This document shows, one piece after another, positions 18,627 through 28,478 of a stretch of 64,000 nucleotides of DNA. Source of the DNA: Eubacteriales bacterium (GTDB lineage Bacteria > Bacillota > Clostridia > Oscillospirales > CAG-272); assembly GCA_045603085.1 (NCBI GenBank), contig JAZULL010000059.1, positions 3,585-67,584 on the forward strand. The letters are read 5' to 3'. Both the position numbers and the translations under genes were made by a program. The notes under the pieces were generated by a model, which was not told the origin of the DNA, ran no database searches, and saw only the letters and a list, made by a program, of their open reading frames with translations. Position 1 is the stretch's first letter. Every line of letters begins with the position of its first letter.

Positions 18627-19550
18627 TTACCTGATCCACAAAACGTCGGCTTTGCCCGAGATCCTGACGTCGATGCCCTCGGGGATATATGCGCACGTGC
18701 CTGCCGGCAGGGGAATATCCTCACAGCCGTCCGAGGAGAGGGTGGCGTTGCACGAGGTGCAGAGAATGCCGCGGATATCGGCGGGAATGCTGACCTCGGC
18801 TGTGCCGTCAAGCGAGGCCGCCCACGTTGCAAAATAGGGGCACTTGGCCAGAAGTCGGAGCGTGCCGCCCTCAATTTCGGTCGCGGTGCTGTCCGCATTG
18901 CCGTGCGCGTAGGGCTTGGTCTCGGATACGGCCAAGGCCTGCTCGACGTGCAGCTGTCTGGGCTGACCGTCCGCGCCCACGCGTCCCCAGTCCCAAACGC
19001 GGTAGGTAATATCCGAATTCTGCTGGATCTCGGCGATCAGAATACCCGCGCCGATGGCGTGTACCGTGCCGGGAGGAATGAAAAATACGTCACCTGCATG
19101 CACGGGCACAAATGAGACCACCTGCTCGGGGGTTTCCGACTTGATGTGTGCGGCAAATTCCTCGGTGGTGATCTCGTGAGCAAATCCGCAGATCAGCGCC
19201 GCGCCCGGCTCGGCGTCCAGCACGTACCACATCTCGGTTTTGCCGCGGCTTTGGTGATGCGCGGCGGCATAGGTATCGTCGGGGTGCACCTGCAGGGAAA
19301 GCTTATCGCGCGCATCGATTAATTTCACCAGAATGTCGGGCGCGGTCTGTCCCCATGCGGCAAGGGCTTCGGCAAGCGTCTTGCCCGCCATTTCGCCGTT
19401 TGCCACTTGGCTGTGTCCGTTGGGGTGGCAGGAGAGCACCCATGCCTCGGCGGCCACGTCCAGATCGGTTTGGATATTGTAATGCGTTTTAAGTCTTGTA
19501 CCGCCCCAGATGTAGTCCTTGACGGCGGGCTTTAATAAAAGAGGATACAT
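18627..19550 (-). CDS. manA: Mannose-6-phosphate isomerase, class I
   Basis: KDYIWGG, AEAWVLS, LSLQVHPDD, GKTEMWY, EIQQNSDITYR; GGAGG RBS. Confidence 0.9.
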   Translation of the reverse strand: MYPLLLKPAVKDYIWGGTRLKTHYNIQTDLDVAAEAWVLSCHPNGHSQVANGEMAGKTLAEALAAWGQTAPDILVKLIDARDKLSLQVHPDDTYAAAHHQSRGKTEMWYVLDAEPGAALICGFAHEITTEEFAAHIKSETPEQVVSFVPVHAGDVFFIPPGTVHAIGAGILIAEIQQNSDITYRVWDWGRVGADGQPRQLHVEQALAVSETKPYAHGNADSTATEIEGGTLRLLAKCPYFATWAASLDGTAEVSIPADIRGILCTSCNATLSSDGCEDIPLPAGTCAYIPEGIDVRISGKADVLWIR

Positions 19551-19574
19551 ACAACCTCCCAAAATATCTTTTTG

Positions 19575-19603
19575 TTGACTTATCGTCGCATTTATTATAT
19601 AAT
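19575..19603 (+). promoter_or_regulatory. Sigma-A promoter
   Basis: TTGACT-N17-TATAAT upstream of the HD gene. Confidence 0.65.
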
Positions 19604-19653
19604 AAGAGTAAGTATAAAGTCAAGAAATTATCGAGAAATGGAGATGGCAAAGT

Positions 19654-20238
19654 ATGAAACCCTGCGATCTGATCGAATTTTGTGCCATGATCGAAAAGCT
19701 CAAATGCAATACCCGCCATTCCTGGACGTCCTCAGGACGCCGCGAGTCGGTGGCTGAGCACTCGTGGAGACTAGCCGTGCTGGCCATGCTGTGCGCGGAC
19801 GAATACCCCGAGCTGGATCACAATAAGCTGATCCGCATGTGCCTGATCCATGATCTTGGTGAGGCACTGACGGGCGACGTGCCGTCCTTTTACAAGACCG
19901 AGCAGAACGAAATGACCGAAAGAGAGGCCTGGGAGGTTATTCTGGGGGCACTTCCCGAGCCGTATACGTCCGAGTTCCGTGCGCTGTACGAGGAAATGGA
20001 GAAGCGTGAGACCCCCGAGGCCAAGCTTTACAAGGCGCTGGATAACATGGAGGCGGTCATCTCGCACAACGAAGCATCCTTGGACACCTGGATTCCCCTG
20101 GAGCACACGCTCAATCTGACCTACGGCCGGGAGTCGGCCGCTTGGTCGCCATATACAAGGGAGCTGCGGCAGTATCTTGCCGAGCAGACTCGCCAAAAAC
20201 TTGAGAAAGCGGAGGAAGGTTATGCACAGAACAGTTGA
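19654..20238 (+). CDS. HD-domain hydrolase (YfbR/HDDC2-like 5'-deoxynucleotidase)
   Basis: RESVAEHSWRLA, LIHDLGEALTGD, KALD. Confidence 0.85.
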   Translation: MKPCDLIEFCAMIEKLKCNTRHSWTSSGRRESVAEHSWRLAVLAMLCADEYPELDHNKLIRMCLIHDLGEALTGDVPSFYKTEQNEMTEREAWEVILGALPEPYTSEFRALYEEMEKRETPEAKLYKALDNMEAVISHNEASLDTWIPLEHTLNLTYGRESAAWSPYTRELRQYLAEQTRQKLEKAEEGYAQNS

Positions 20239-22045
20239 TTTTTCCCAAACGCGCATCACGGGCGGATTCTGGAAGCAAAAGCAGGCACTTGTGCGCCGTG
20301 TGACCACGGGGGCTGTATACGACCGCTTTGCCGACACCGGCAGAATTGACGCCTTCCGCTTTGACTGGAGAGAGGGGAACCCCAAAAAGCCGCACTTTTT
20401 CTGGGATAGCGACGTGGCCAAGTGGATCGAGGGCGCGGCTTATCAGTTGGCCCTTGCGCCCGATGCAAGGCTGGAAAAGAAGATCGACAGTCTGGTCGAG
20501 CTGATCGAAAAAAATCAGCAGGAAGACGGCTATTTCAACATCTATTTTACCGTCATTGACCCCGCGCACAAGCTGGCGATCAGAGATTGGCACGAGCTGT
20601 ACTGTGCAGGCCACCTTATGGAGGCCGCCGTGGCGTATTTCGAGGCCACGGGCAAGCGCAAGCTCCTTGATTGCATGTGCCGTTATGCCGATTATATTGA
20701 AAAAAGATTCGTCACCGATGCCGACGTGCCGTTCAGGACGCCGGGGCATGAGGAGATCGAGCTTGCGCTGGTGCGGCTTTACGAGTGCACGGGCGAGAAG
20801 CGGTATCTTGCGCTTGCCAAGCATTTTGTGGATGCGCGCGGTTATGATGACGGGCCAATTCCCGATTGGATGCACCCCTCTTACGGTCAGCATCACCTGC
20901 CCGTGCGCGAGCAAACGACTGCCGAGGGGCACGCCGTGCGCGCCATGTATCTGTATTGCGGCATGGCCGACGTTGCCCTGCATACGGGGGATAAGGAGCT
21001 TCAGGCCGCCTGCGAGGCCATCTTTGATAACGTGGCAAGCAAGCGCATGTATATCACGGGCGGTATCGGATCGAGCGGTGCGGGCGAAGCCTTTACCGTG
21101 GATTACGATCTGCCTAACCTGATCTCGTATACCGAATCCTGCGCGGCACTGGCGCTTGCGCTGTTTGCCAACAGAATGCTGCGCTTTGGCGCGGATTCCA
21201 AGTATTCGGACGTGGTTGAGAGAGTGATTTATAACGGCTTTATGTCCTCTCTGTCCTTGGACGGTAAGAGCTTTTTCTATCAGAATCCGCTGGAGATCAT
21301 GCCGCGCATGCACAAGCGTGACGTCAGCGTCAACCATGCAAGCGTCGGCCTGCCGCCCATGCAGCGCAGAGAGGTGTTTGTGTGCTCCTGCTGTCCGCCC
21401 AATATCGTCAGATTCATTCCGTCCATCGCCAACATGCTGTATTCGGATGACGGCGAGGTGATCTACGTGCACCAGTTCATGCAAGGTCTGACCACCGTCG
21501 AGCGTGACGGCAAGATGCTGGTGCTGGAGCAGACGACCAAATATCCCGAGAGCGGCAAGGTGAAAATCAAGCTGACCGGTGGGGATGCCCGCATAGCCGT
21601 CAGAATCCCCGGCTGGTTTGAGGGCTATACCGGTAAGACCGAGAAGGGATATGCATATTTTGACGTCAAGGACGGCGAGGAGCTGGACTTTGACTTTACC
21701 ATGAAGCCGGTCTTTATCGAGGCAAGACCCGAGGTGGTCTTTGACGCGGGCAGATATGCCGTCATGCGCGGCCCCGTGCTGTATTGCATGGAGGGTGTGG
21801 ACAACGGTGCGCTGCTGCGTGATATCAGGCTGGACAGTCGCGCAAGATTCAGATACGGCAAGCACCCGACGCTGGGTGTGCCGCAATTGAGTGTGCGTGC
21901 ATGGAGAACGGTACGCGAAGAGGATGCGCCGCTGTATCGCAGAAAAACACAAAATAAGGAAAAGGTAGAGGCGGTGCTGATCCCGTATTATGCTTTTGCC
22001 AACAGAGGCGAGAGCGAAATGCAGGTGTGGCACTTTGTAGAATAG
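20222..22045 (+). CDS. GH127 beta-L-arabinofuranosidase-like glycoside hydrolase
   Basis: WDSDVAKWIE, HELYCAGHL, GHEEIELAL, GHAVRAMY, YTESCA, CSCCPPN; GGAGG RBS. Confidence 0.9.
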   Translation: MHRTVDFSQTRITGGFWKQKQALVRRVTTGAVYDRFADTGRIDAFRFDWREGNPKKPHFFWDSDVAKWIEGAAYQLALAPDARLEKKIDSLVELIEKNQQEDGYFNIYFTVIDPAHKLAIRDWHELYCAGHLMEAAVAYFEATGKRKLLDCMCRYADYIEKRFVTDADVPFRTPGHEEIELALVRLYECTGEKRYLALAKHFVDARGYDDGPIPDWMHPSYGQHHLPVREQTTAEGHAVRAMYLYCGMADVALHTGDKELQAACEAIFDNVASKRMYITGGIGSSGAGEAFTVDYDLPNLISYTESCAALALALFANRMLRFGADSKYSDVVERVIYNGFMSSLSLDGKSFFYQNPLEIMPRMHKRDVSVNHASVGLPPMQRREVFVCSCCPPNIVRFIPSIANMLYSDDGEVIYVHQFMQGLTTVERDGKMLVLEQTTKYPESGKVKIKLTGGDARIAVRIPGWFEGYTGKTEKGYAYFDVKDGEELDFDFTMKPVFIEARPEVVFDAGRYAVMRGPVLYCMEGVDNGALLRDIRLDSRARFRYGKHPTLGVPQLSVRAWRTVREEDAPLYRRKTQNKEKVEAVLIPYYAFANRGESEMQVWHFVE

Positions 22046-22048
22046 AAT

Positions 22049-22888
22049 ATGAGAGAATTTGCAAATCAAAATTACGATGCAGAGAGAGCCTTTTACGGCC
22101 AAAAGGATATTTGCGTACATAACTGCCGCTTTGCAGGTCCCGCTGACGGTGAGAGCGCGTTCAAGGAGTGCGCAGACGTCAAGGTGCGGGAATGTGAGTT
22201 TGACCTGCGCTATCCCTTCTGGCACGTGCAGGGGCTTGCCATTGATCAATGTCACTTAAGCGAGACCTGCCGCGCCGCGCTGTGGTATTCGGACAGTATT
22301 CAGATCACCAACACTGAGCTGCACGGCATTAAGGCCTTACGCGAATGCCATGACGTTCAGATCAGTAATTGCAGCATCCGCTCGGCCGAATTTGGCTGGA
22401 TGAGCGGTGACGTGCGCATGCAGGACGTGACGGCCGAGGGCGAGTATTTTATGTTCCGCGGCAGAAATCTGCATTTTGAGAACATGACCTTCAAGGGAAA
22501 ATATTCCTTCCAGTACGTGGAGAACGCTACCTTTGAGAATTGCGACCTGGATACTAAGGACGCATTCTGGCATGCCAAAAACGTGGTGGTCAGAAACTGC
22601 CGCGTCAAGGGTGAGTATCTGGCGTGGTATTGCGAGGACGTCACGTTTGAGCATTGCGTTATCATCGGCACACAGCCGCTGTGCTATTGTAAGGGGTTGA
22701 CGCTGATCGATTGCGAAATGCACGGGTGCGATCTGGCGTTTGAGAAGAGTGAGGTGCAGGCAAAGGTCACCACACCCGTCATCAGCATCAAAAATCCGCT
22801 TTCGGGATGCATTCGCGTACCCGAGGCGGGCGAAATCATTCGCGATCTGCCCGAGGCAAAGGGTAAGGTCGAGATTGGAGGAATATAA
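22049..22888 (+). CDS. DUF3737 family beta-helix protein
   Basis: ERAFY, DGESAFKE, LRYPFWH, KDAFW, GEYLAW, GTQPLCY. Confidence 0.85.
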   Translation: MREFANQNYDAERAFYGQKDICVHNCRFAGPADGESAFKECADVKVRECEFDLRYPFWHVQGLAIDQCHLSETCRAALWYSDSIQITNTELHGIKALRECHDVQISNCSIRSAEFGWMSGDVRMQDVTAEGEYFMFRGRNLHFENMTFKGKYSFQYVENATFENCDLDTKDAFWHAKNVVVRNCRVKGEYLAWYCEDVTFEHCVIIGTQPLCYCKGLTLIDCEMHGCDLAFEKSEVQAKVTTPVISIKNPLSGCIRVPEAGEIIRDLPEAKGKVEIGGI

Positions 22889-23253
22889 TGGAAAACAAAG
22901 AAAACGTACAAGACGTAGCGTCCCGGGTAGCCGGGCTTGCCGAGCAGGCGTTTTCCACGGCGCTGGCCTCCACCATCATGGCAGGCTTTCCCGTGGCAAG
23001 CATTATCGCCATTTTCAAGGGCGTCAAGGGTCTGAAGCTGGCAAATGCGGCAAGAGATCTGGCACAGGAGAACGGCTTGAAGACGGGTGCTAAGAATATT
23101 GTGGCGCGTGCGCTTGCCATCAACGGGATTGCAAGTGGGGCGTATGCCACCTTGATCTATCTGTTTTTTGCGCTGATGTACGTGGCATGGATTGCAATCT
23201 ACTTGCTCTGCATACTGGGCATTTTATTTGCCGGCTTTTTGGCAGGTATATAA
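22888..23253 (+). CDS. Small membrane protein (paralog of 23323..23763)
   Basis: Two hydrophobic segments; FS..LAS.I...FP.ASII...KGLK.AN.ARDLA. Confidence 0.7.
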   Translation: MENKENVQDVASRVAGLAEQAFSTALASTIMAGFPVASIIAIFKGVKGLKLANAARDLAQENGLKTGAKNIVARALAINGIASGAYATLIYLFFALMYVAWIAIYLLCILGILFAGFLAGI

Positions 23254-23259
23254 AAATAC

Positions 23260-23288
23260 TTGCAAAATAAAAAATACTGTGCTATAAT
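23260..23288 (+). promoter_or_regulatory. Sigma-A promoter
   Basis: TTGCAA-N17-TATAAT. Confidence 0.6.
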
Positions 23289-23322
23289 GAATTGAAATCA
23301 ATACATATTATGGAGGATTATT

Positions 23323-23763
23323 ATGGATAATCAAAACTTCAATACCGAAAGAGAGCCTCTGCCCACCTTTGATGCAGAGCCTGATTTTACCGCGACTACC
23401 ACTATTGAGGCAGCTCCCGCTTCTGCAGAGCCTGAGGCAGCTGCGGCTCCCGAGCGTGATCCGATGATCGACGTGTTTGCCGGTCAGGCCTTTTCCAAGG
23501 GTCTTGCTTCCGTGATCCTGTCCCAGTTCCCCATCGCATCCATCATTGGTCTTGTTATGGGCTCTAAGGGTCTGAAGAGTGCCAACATGGCGCGCGACCT
23601 GGCAAATGCACAGGGTGTTAAGGGCGGCGGCAAGTATATGGTCGGCCGTATCCTGTCCACCGTTGGCAAGTTCACCAGCTTGTTCTACACCGTTTTCTGG
23701 GCACTGTACGGTGTGTTCATGGTGCTGTACGTTGCACTGATTATTCTTTCCGGTCTGCTTTAA
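23323..23763 (+). CDS. Small membrane protein (paralog of 22888..23253)
   Basis: GGAGG RBS; same motif as the upstream gene plus an acidic N-terminal tail. Confidence 0.75.
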   Translation: MDNQNFNTEREPLPTFDAEPDFTATTTIEAAPASAEPEAAAAPERDPMIDVFAGQAFSKGLASVILSQFPIASIIGLVMGSKGLKSANMARDLANAQGVKGGGKYMVGRILSTVGKFTSLFYTVFWALYGVFMVLYVALIILSGLL

Positions 23764-23774
23764 GGTGAACTGAA

Positions 23775-24197
23775 ATGGATGCATCCTTTGCCAAGTGGTT
23801 GGAGCAAAACGGTCTGGTTCTGGCCTTTTGCACCAGCGCAGGTGATTGCGTGTACGTCAACCGTCAAAAGAGATTTGGCGTACTGGAAAAGTTCGATGAG
23901 CGCGGCGTGCAATCGTTTTATCTGGACGACGTTGTGTTGTTTGAAACCCGTGATGACGAAAAGCTGATCGCGCGCTGGGCTAAAAATGGCATTTGGAGCG
24001 TAGAGCCCAAATCCGAAAGATACTCCACCAATGAGATGTATATCTGCTTCCAATTGGCGGACGGTAAAAAGCTCAGATTACAGTTGTTCAGAGCCGCCGA
24101 TCGAAATGTCGAGCGAGACTCCGAGGCACACAAAAGATTGTACCGCTATGCTTGCAATTCTTCTCAATGTTTGTATAATCTGATTGCCGGAAAATAA
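23775..24197 (+). CDS. Hypothetical protein
   Basis: 140-aa ORF after AAGGTG, ending at a terminator. Confidence 0.65.
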   Translation: MDASFAKWLEQNGLVLAFCTSAGDCVYVNRQKRFGVLEKFDERGVQSFYLDDVVLFETRDDEKLIARWAKNGIWSVEPKSERYSTNEMYICFQLADGKKLRLQLFRAADRNVERDSEAHKRLYRYACNSSQCLYNLIAGK

Positions 24198-24235
24198 AAA
24201 AAGAGTGATATCTCGCAAGAGATATCACTCTTTTT
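24198..24235. terminator. Bidirectional terminator
   Basis: AAAAAGAGTGATATCTC-GCAA-GAGATATCACTCTTTTT between convergent genes. Confidence 0.85.
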
Positions 24236-24248
24236 CTGTTGCAGAGCA

Positions 24249-24986
24249 TTATTTTTCCATGTCCTGCAGATAAAGCTCCGCCTCCATGCAGGTGATGCCG
24301 TGCTGATTGACCACGCGGAACAAATATCCGTTTTCGCTCTCTGCGCGCAAAATGGTCAGAACGTCGCCGTAAGCGGCCTCATGCTGGTAGGACAGCGAAA
24401 ATCCGCTGACAAACTTGCCAAGCATGTCCGGCACGTAATCGCACAGCATGTCGGGATATTTGGTGTTGTTCATGTGCATGTTGTAATCCAGGTCGGAATA
24501 GCGAACCTCGCGCTTGCCAACCTCGGTCAGCTGCACCGATGAGGTGATGCGGGCGCGGCGGGGGAGCTCGCTTTTATCGATCGGATCGTCCTCGGGAAAG
24601 GATGCCGCGGGAATAAAATCCTCGGACTTGATAAAGCTGCGATCCTTGAGGTTGACAAGTGCCCATTCCGAGTTGGCGCGCGCATAGACCACGCCGTCGT
24701 ATTCGATCTCGAAGCAACGGTTGAAGGTAAAGGAGCGTGAGGGCGGACACCACGTATTGACCCAGATGCGGATGTAGGGCGGGAGCGGCGCGTCGATGCT
24801 GACCTGAATACGGCTGAGCAAAAATCCAACGCCGTCGTGCTCGTGCATTCTGTCAAGGTCCAGCTCTGCGGCGCGGCACTGTCTGTTGGCACATTCCTGC
24901 ATATACATCAGGATCTGCGAGGGGCGAATGATCAGATCGGGGTCCGTATCGTGCCATTTTGTCAGAAAATGTTCGGTATGTTTCAT
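24249..24986 (-). CDS. Acyl-ACP thioesterase (hotdog fold)
   Basis: VRYSDLDYNMHMNNTKY motif; GGAG RBS before ATG 24986. Confidence 0.85.
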   Translation of the reverse strand: MKHTEHFLTKWHDTDPDLIIRPSQILMYMQECANRQCRAAELDLDRMHEHDGVGFLLSRIQVSIDAPLPPYIRIWVNTWCPPSRSFTFNRCFEIEYDGVVYARANSEWALVNLKDRSFIKSEDFIPAASFPEDDPIDKSELPRRARITSSVQLTEVGKREVRYSDLDYNMHMNNTKYPDMLCDYVPDMLGKFVSGFSLSYQHEAAYGDVLTILRAESENGYLFRVVNQHGITCMEAELYLQDMEK

Positions 24987-25041
24987 AGCAATATCTCCAT
25001 GCCGCCCACGGGGCGGCTCAAATAGTGATGGAAGCTTCTCC

Positions 25042-25074
25042 AAAAAACGGAGCTGTCGAGGGTCGACAGCTCCG
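25042..25074 (-). terminator. Terminator after fba
   Basis: CGGAGCTGTCGA-GGG-TCGACAGCTCCG with an A-run on the left. Confidence 0.75.
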
Positions 25075-25089
25075 AAAAATCAGTTGATT

Positions 25090-26025
25090 TTAGAGGGTGT
25101 TAGAGGAGCCCAGCACGTTCTTGATCTTGTGCTGAACCATCTTCTTGACCTCGGAGCGGGCAACGGTCAGGTATCCGCGGGGGTCAAATACGTCGGGCTG
25201 GTTGTGCATGACGCGGCGAATACCTGCGGTCATGGCCAGACGGATGTCGGAGTCAATATTGATCTTACAAACCGAGCTTCTTGCGGCCTGGCGCAGCATG
25301 TCCTCGGGAATGCCGATTGCGTCGGGCATCCGGCCGCCCAGCGCGTTGATTTCTGCAACGTAGTCCTGGGGAACCGACGAAGCGCCATGCAGAACGATGG
25401 GGAATTCGGGCAGACGGCGGGAGATCTCCTCCAGCACGTCAAAGCGGAGCTGAGGCTTGGTGCCGGGCTTGAACTTATAAGCGCCGTGGCTGGTGCCGAT
25501 GGCGATAGCCAGCGAGTCAACGCCGGTGCGGGTGACGAATTCCTCAACCTCGTCGGGGTTGGTAAACATTGCGTCCTCGGCAGAGACCTTGACGTCATCC
25601 TCAATGCCTGCCAGCTTGCCAAGCACACCCTCAACGACAACGCCGTGCGCGTGCGCGTATTCCACGACCTTGCGGGTCAGGGCAATGTTGCCCTCGAAGG
25701 AGTGGTGAGAGCCGTCGATCATAACCGAGGTAAAGCCGCCGTCGATGCAGGACTTGCAGATCTCGAAATCTGCGCCGTGGTCAAGGTGCAGGGCAATATC
25801 GATGCCGGTGTCACGGATAGCGGCGTTTGCCAGAGCCATGAGGTATTCGTGCTTGGCGTACTTTCTTGCGCCGGCGGATACCTGCAGGATCACGGGAGAG
25901 TTCTCCTCCTGAGCCGCTTCGGTGATCGCCTGAATAATTTCCATGTTGTTGATGTTGAAAGCGCCGATGGCGTAACCGCCGCGGTAAGCCTTCTTAAACA
26001 TTTCTGTAGTTGTAACAAGTGCCAT
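25090..26025 (-). CDS. fba: Class II fructose-1,6-bisphosphate aldolase
   Basis: YAIGAFN, LHLDHG, SVMIDGS, IGTSHGAYK, VLHGAS, KINIDSD. Confidence 0.95.
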   Translation of the reverse strand: MALVTTTEMFKKAYRGGYAIGAFNINNMEIIQAITEAAQEENSPVILQVSAGARKYAKHEYLMALANAAIRDTGIDIALHLDHGADFEICKSCIDGGFTSVMIDGSHHSFEGNIALTRKVVEYAHAHGVVVEGVLGKLAGIEDDVKVSAEDAMFTNPDEVEEFVTRTGVDSLAIAIGTSHGAYKFKPGTKPQLRFDVLEEISRRLPEFPIVLHGASSVPQDYVAEINALGGRMPDAIGIPEDMLRQAARSSVCKINIDSDIRLAMTAGIRRVMHNQPDVFDPRGYLTVARSEVKKMVQHKIKNVLGSSNTL

Positions 26026-26113
26026 TTTGGGTTTCCTCCGGAAAAATTTCTACCGATATTCTATCATATTTTGCGCCTAAAATCAAGAGATATCAGGATA
26101 TTTTCGCAAAAAT

Positions 26114-26518
26114 TCATCCGATTGTTTGATTCCCGTCATGCTCCCGCGATGCCACGGCCGCGCCGCTCTGCGTGCCAAGGCCAAAGCTGACCGCAATGGC
26201 GTTGTCCACCCGTTGCATGACTGATTCGTCCAGATGTCCCATCTTTTCTTTCAAGCGGCGCTTATCCAGCGTGCGGATCTGCTCCAGCAGCACTACAGAG
26301 TCCTTGGAAAGCCCCGCCTTATCGGCATATATGTCGATGTGAGTGGGCAGACGGGTCTTGCCCAGGCGAGAGGTGATGGCGGCGGCGATCACGGTCGGGC
26401 TGTATTTGTTTCCAACGTCGTTCTGAATGATCAGCACGGGGCGAAGTCCCCCTTGCTCCGAGCCCACCACGGGGGAGAGATCTGCGTAGTAAATATCACC
26501 GCGTTTTACGGTTATCAT
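26114..26518 (-). CDS. mazF: PemK/MazF (EndoA/NdoA-like) endoribonuclease, no adjacent antitoxin
   Basis: [40 protein letters not shown]...LEQIRTLDK; AGGAGG RBS. Confidence 0.92.
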   Translation of the reverse strand: MITVKRGDIYYADLSPVVGSEQGGLRPVLIIQNDVGNKYSPTVIAAAITSRLGKTRLPTHIDIYADKAGLSKDSVVLLEQIRTLDKRRLKEKMGHLDESVMQRVDNAIAVSFGLGTQSGAAVASREHDGNQTIG

Positions 26519-26553
26519 GGTATGCCTCCTGCTTTGATATGTTGATGTAATGT

Positions 26554-26583
26554 CATTGTTGCCGTGCATGCCGGATTTTAATC
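26554..26583 (-). promoter_or_regulatory. SigF-like promoter for mazF
   Basis: Minus strand GATTA-N15-GGCAACAATG, close to the SigF consensus. Confidence 0.4.
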
Positions 26584-26684
26584 GCGCACGTTTGATATTG
26601 CAGTATATACCGTTTATCGACAAAATGCCCCACGGCGCGCAGGCGTGGGGCGATTAAAAATCAGTAAAAAGATGCGAATTTTTG

Positions 26685-26713
26685 TTGCATTGATTCCTTG
26701 TGTGTGGTATAAT
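26685..26713 (+). promoter_or_regulatory. Sigma-A promoter of pyk
   Basis: TTGCAT-N17-TATAAT with extended TG. Confidence 0.65.
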
Positions 26714-26742
26714 AAACTTAGAATATATTATGGAGGCGGAAT

Positions 26743-28155
26743 ATGCGCAAAACCAAAATTATTTGTACCATAGGACCTGCCACTCAGAGCGAAGATACCT
26801 TGCGCGGACTTTGCAAGGCGGGCATGAACGTAGCAAGACTTAACTTTTCTCATAACACACACGAGGATCACCAGAAGAGAATTGACAGCATCAAGAAGGT
26901 AAGAGCCGAGCTGGATATGCCGATTGCCATCATGCTGGACACCAAGGGACCCGAGTACCGTATCAAGACCTTTGAGAACGGCAGCGTGACGCTGTCCGAG
27001 GGACAGAGATTCACGTTCACGGCAGACGAGGTGGAGGGCAACGAGAGTATCGTGTCGGTCAGCTATGCCGAGCTGGTGCATGAGCTTGTGCCCGGAGATA
27101 CCATTCTGCTCAATAACGGACTTCTGATCTTCCACGTAGAGGAGATCGAGGGCAGAAATATTCACTGTCGCGTGATTTGCGGCGGCGAGTTGTCCAACCG
27201 CAAGAGCATGAGCTTCCCCGGCAAGGTCTTGAAGCAGAAGTATCTGTCGGAACAGGACAAGAGTGATATTGCGTTTGGCGTCAAGAACGGTGTGGATTTT
27301 ATTGCCTGCTCGTTTGTTTCCTGCAAGCAGGATCTGATCGACGTGCGCAATTATCTTTCCGAGATCGGCGGCGAGGGTGTTGACCTGATCGCCAAGATTG
27401 AGAACCAGTCGGGTTATGATCATATTGAAGAGATCTGTGAGGTCTGCGACGGCATTATGGTCGCGCGCGGAGATATGGGCGTGGAAGTCCCCTTTGAGCA
27501 GCTGCCCGCTATGCAGAAAACGCTGATCACCAAGTGCAGAATGCTTGGCAAGCGCGTCATTACCGCAACCGAGATGTTAGAGAGCATGATCTACAATCCC
27601 AGACCCACCAGAGCAGAGATCTCGGACGTTGCAAATGCGGTGTACGACGGCACCAGCGCCATCATGCTGTCGGGCGAGACCGCAATGGGTAAGTATCCCG
27701 TGCAGACGGTGCAGGTCATGTCCAAGATCGCCGAGACGACCGAGAACAACATTGACTACACCGATATTTTCTACGGTACCGAGTTCAAGATCAAGAACAC
27801 GGTGGACGCGATTTCGCATGCAACCTGCGCGGTTGCCGTGGATATTGATGCCAAGGCCATCGTTGCCTGCTCGCTGTCGGGCATGACGGCGCGCATGGTA
27901 TCGCGTTTCCGTTGTCCCGTGGACATTATCGGTCTGACCACTGACGAGGCCACCTACCGCAAGCTGGCGCTTTCCTGGGGCGTCATTCCCGCGCTGTGCG
28001 AGAAGTACCCCTCGACCGACGTGCTGTTCTATACGGCTACCAAGATGGCACCCAAGCTACTTCCCATGCAAAAGGGTGACAGCATCGTTATCACGGGCGG
28101 CAACACCACCGGCGTTTCGGGCAATACCAGCCTGATCAAGGTGGAGCAGATTTGA
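26743..28155 (+). CDS. pyk: Pyruvate kinase
   Basis: RKTKIICTIGP, ARLNFSH, LDTKGPE, MVARGD, MLSGETA. Confidence 0.96.
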   Translation: MRKTKIICTIGPATQSEDTLRGLCKAGMNVARLNFSHNTHEDHQKRIDSIKKVRAELDMPIAIMLDTKGPEYRIKTFENGSVTLSEGQRFTFTADEVEGNESIVSVSYAELVHELVPGDTILLNNGLLIFHVEEIEGRNIHCRVICGGELSNRKSMSFPGKVLKQKYLSEQDKSDIAFGVKNGVDFIACSFVSCKQDLIDVRNYLSEIGGEGVDLIAKIENQSGYDHIEEICEVCDGIMVARGDMGVEVPFEQLPAMQKTLITKCRMLGKRVITATEMLESMIYNPRPTRAEISDVANAVYDGTSAIMLSGETAMGKYPVQTVQVMSKIAETTENNIDYTDIFYGTEFKIKNTVDAISHATCAVAVDIDAKAIVACSLSGMTARMVSRFRCPVDIIGLTTDEATYRKLALSWGVIPALCEKYPSTDVLFYTATKMAPKLLPMQKGDSIVITGGNTTGVSGNTSLIKVEQI

Positions 28156-28167
28156 TTAATAACAAGG

Positions 28168-28205
28168 AAAAGAGGGAGAAACCCATGGGTTTCTCCCTCT
28201 TTTTT
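28168..28205. terminator. Bidirectional terminator
   Basis: AAAAGAGGGAGAAACCC-AT-GGGTTTCTCCCTCTTTTTT. Confidence 0.85.
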
Positions 28206-28209
28206 CATT

Positions 28210-28476
28210 TTAATGCGCGATGGTAAAGAAGATCCAAGTGATCAGAAACGACAGGAAGATGATGCCCAGCGTGATCATCATGGGCCAGAACATCAGCCTG
28301 ACTGCCGCAATATAGGTGCGGAACTGCTTACGGAGCGTGCCCTTGGCACCGGGGTCTCTCGGCTTTTCGCCGGGACGGCGGCTTGCATCCTCAAGCGGCT
28401 GCATATCGACTACGGTCGAGCCGTCGTCCACGTAGCGGATTTTTTCCTTCTTTTGCTTTTTCTCTTTGTTTGCCAT
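28210..28476 (-). CDS. Small membrane protein at the end of the opp operon
   Basis: 88 aa; charged N-terminus and C-terminal TM; starts 2 nt after the oppF stop. Confidence 0.7.
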   Translation of the reverse strand: MANKEKKQKKEKIRYVDDGSTVVDMQPLEDASRRPGEKPRDPGAKGTLRKQFRTYIAAVRLMFWPMMITLGIIFLSFLITWIFFTIAH

Positions 28477-28478
28477 GC

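Noticed and set aside
24198-24235. GTGATAT...ATATCAC as another array copy
   Set aside because: A single perfect hairpin with A/T tails between convergent genes; adequately explained as a bidirectional terminator, though derivation from the repeat cannot be excluded.
26520-26740. Antitoxin gene upstream of mazF
   Set aside because: No RBS-led ORF of suitable size; the N-terminal extension in the ORF track lies upstream of the true RBS.
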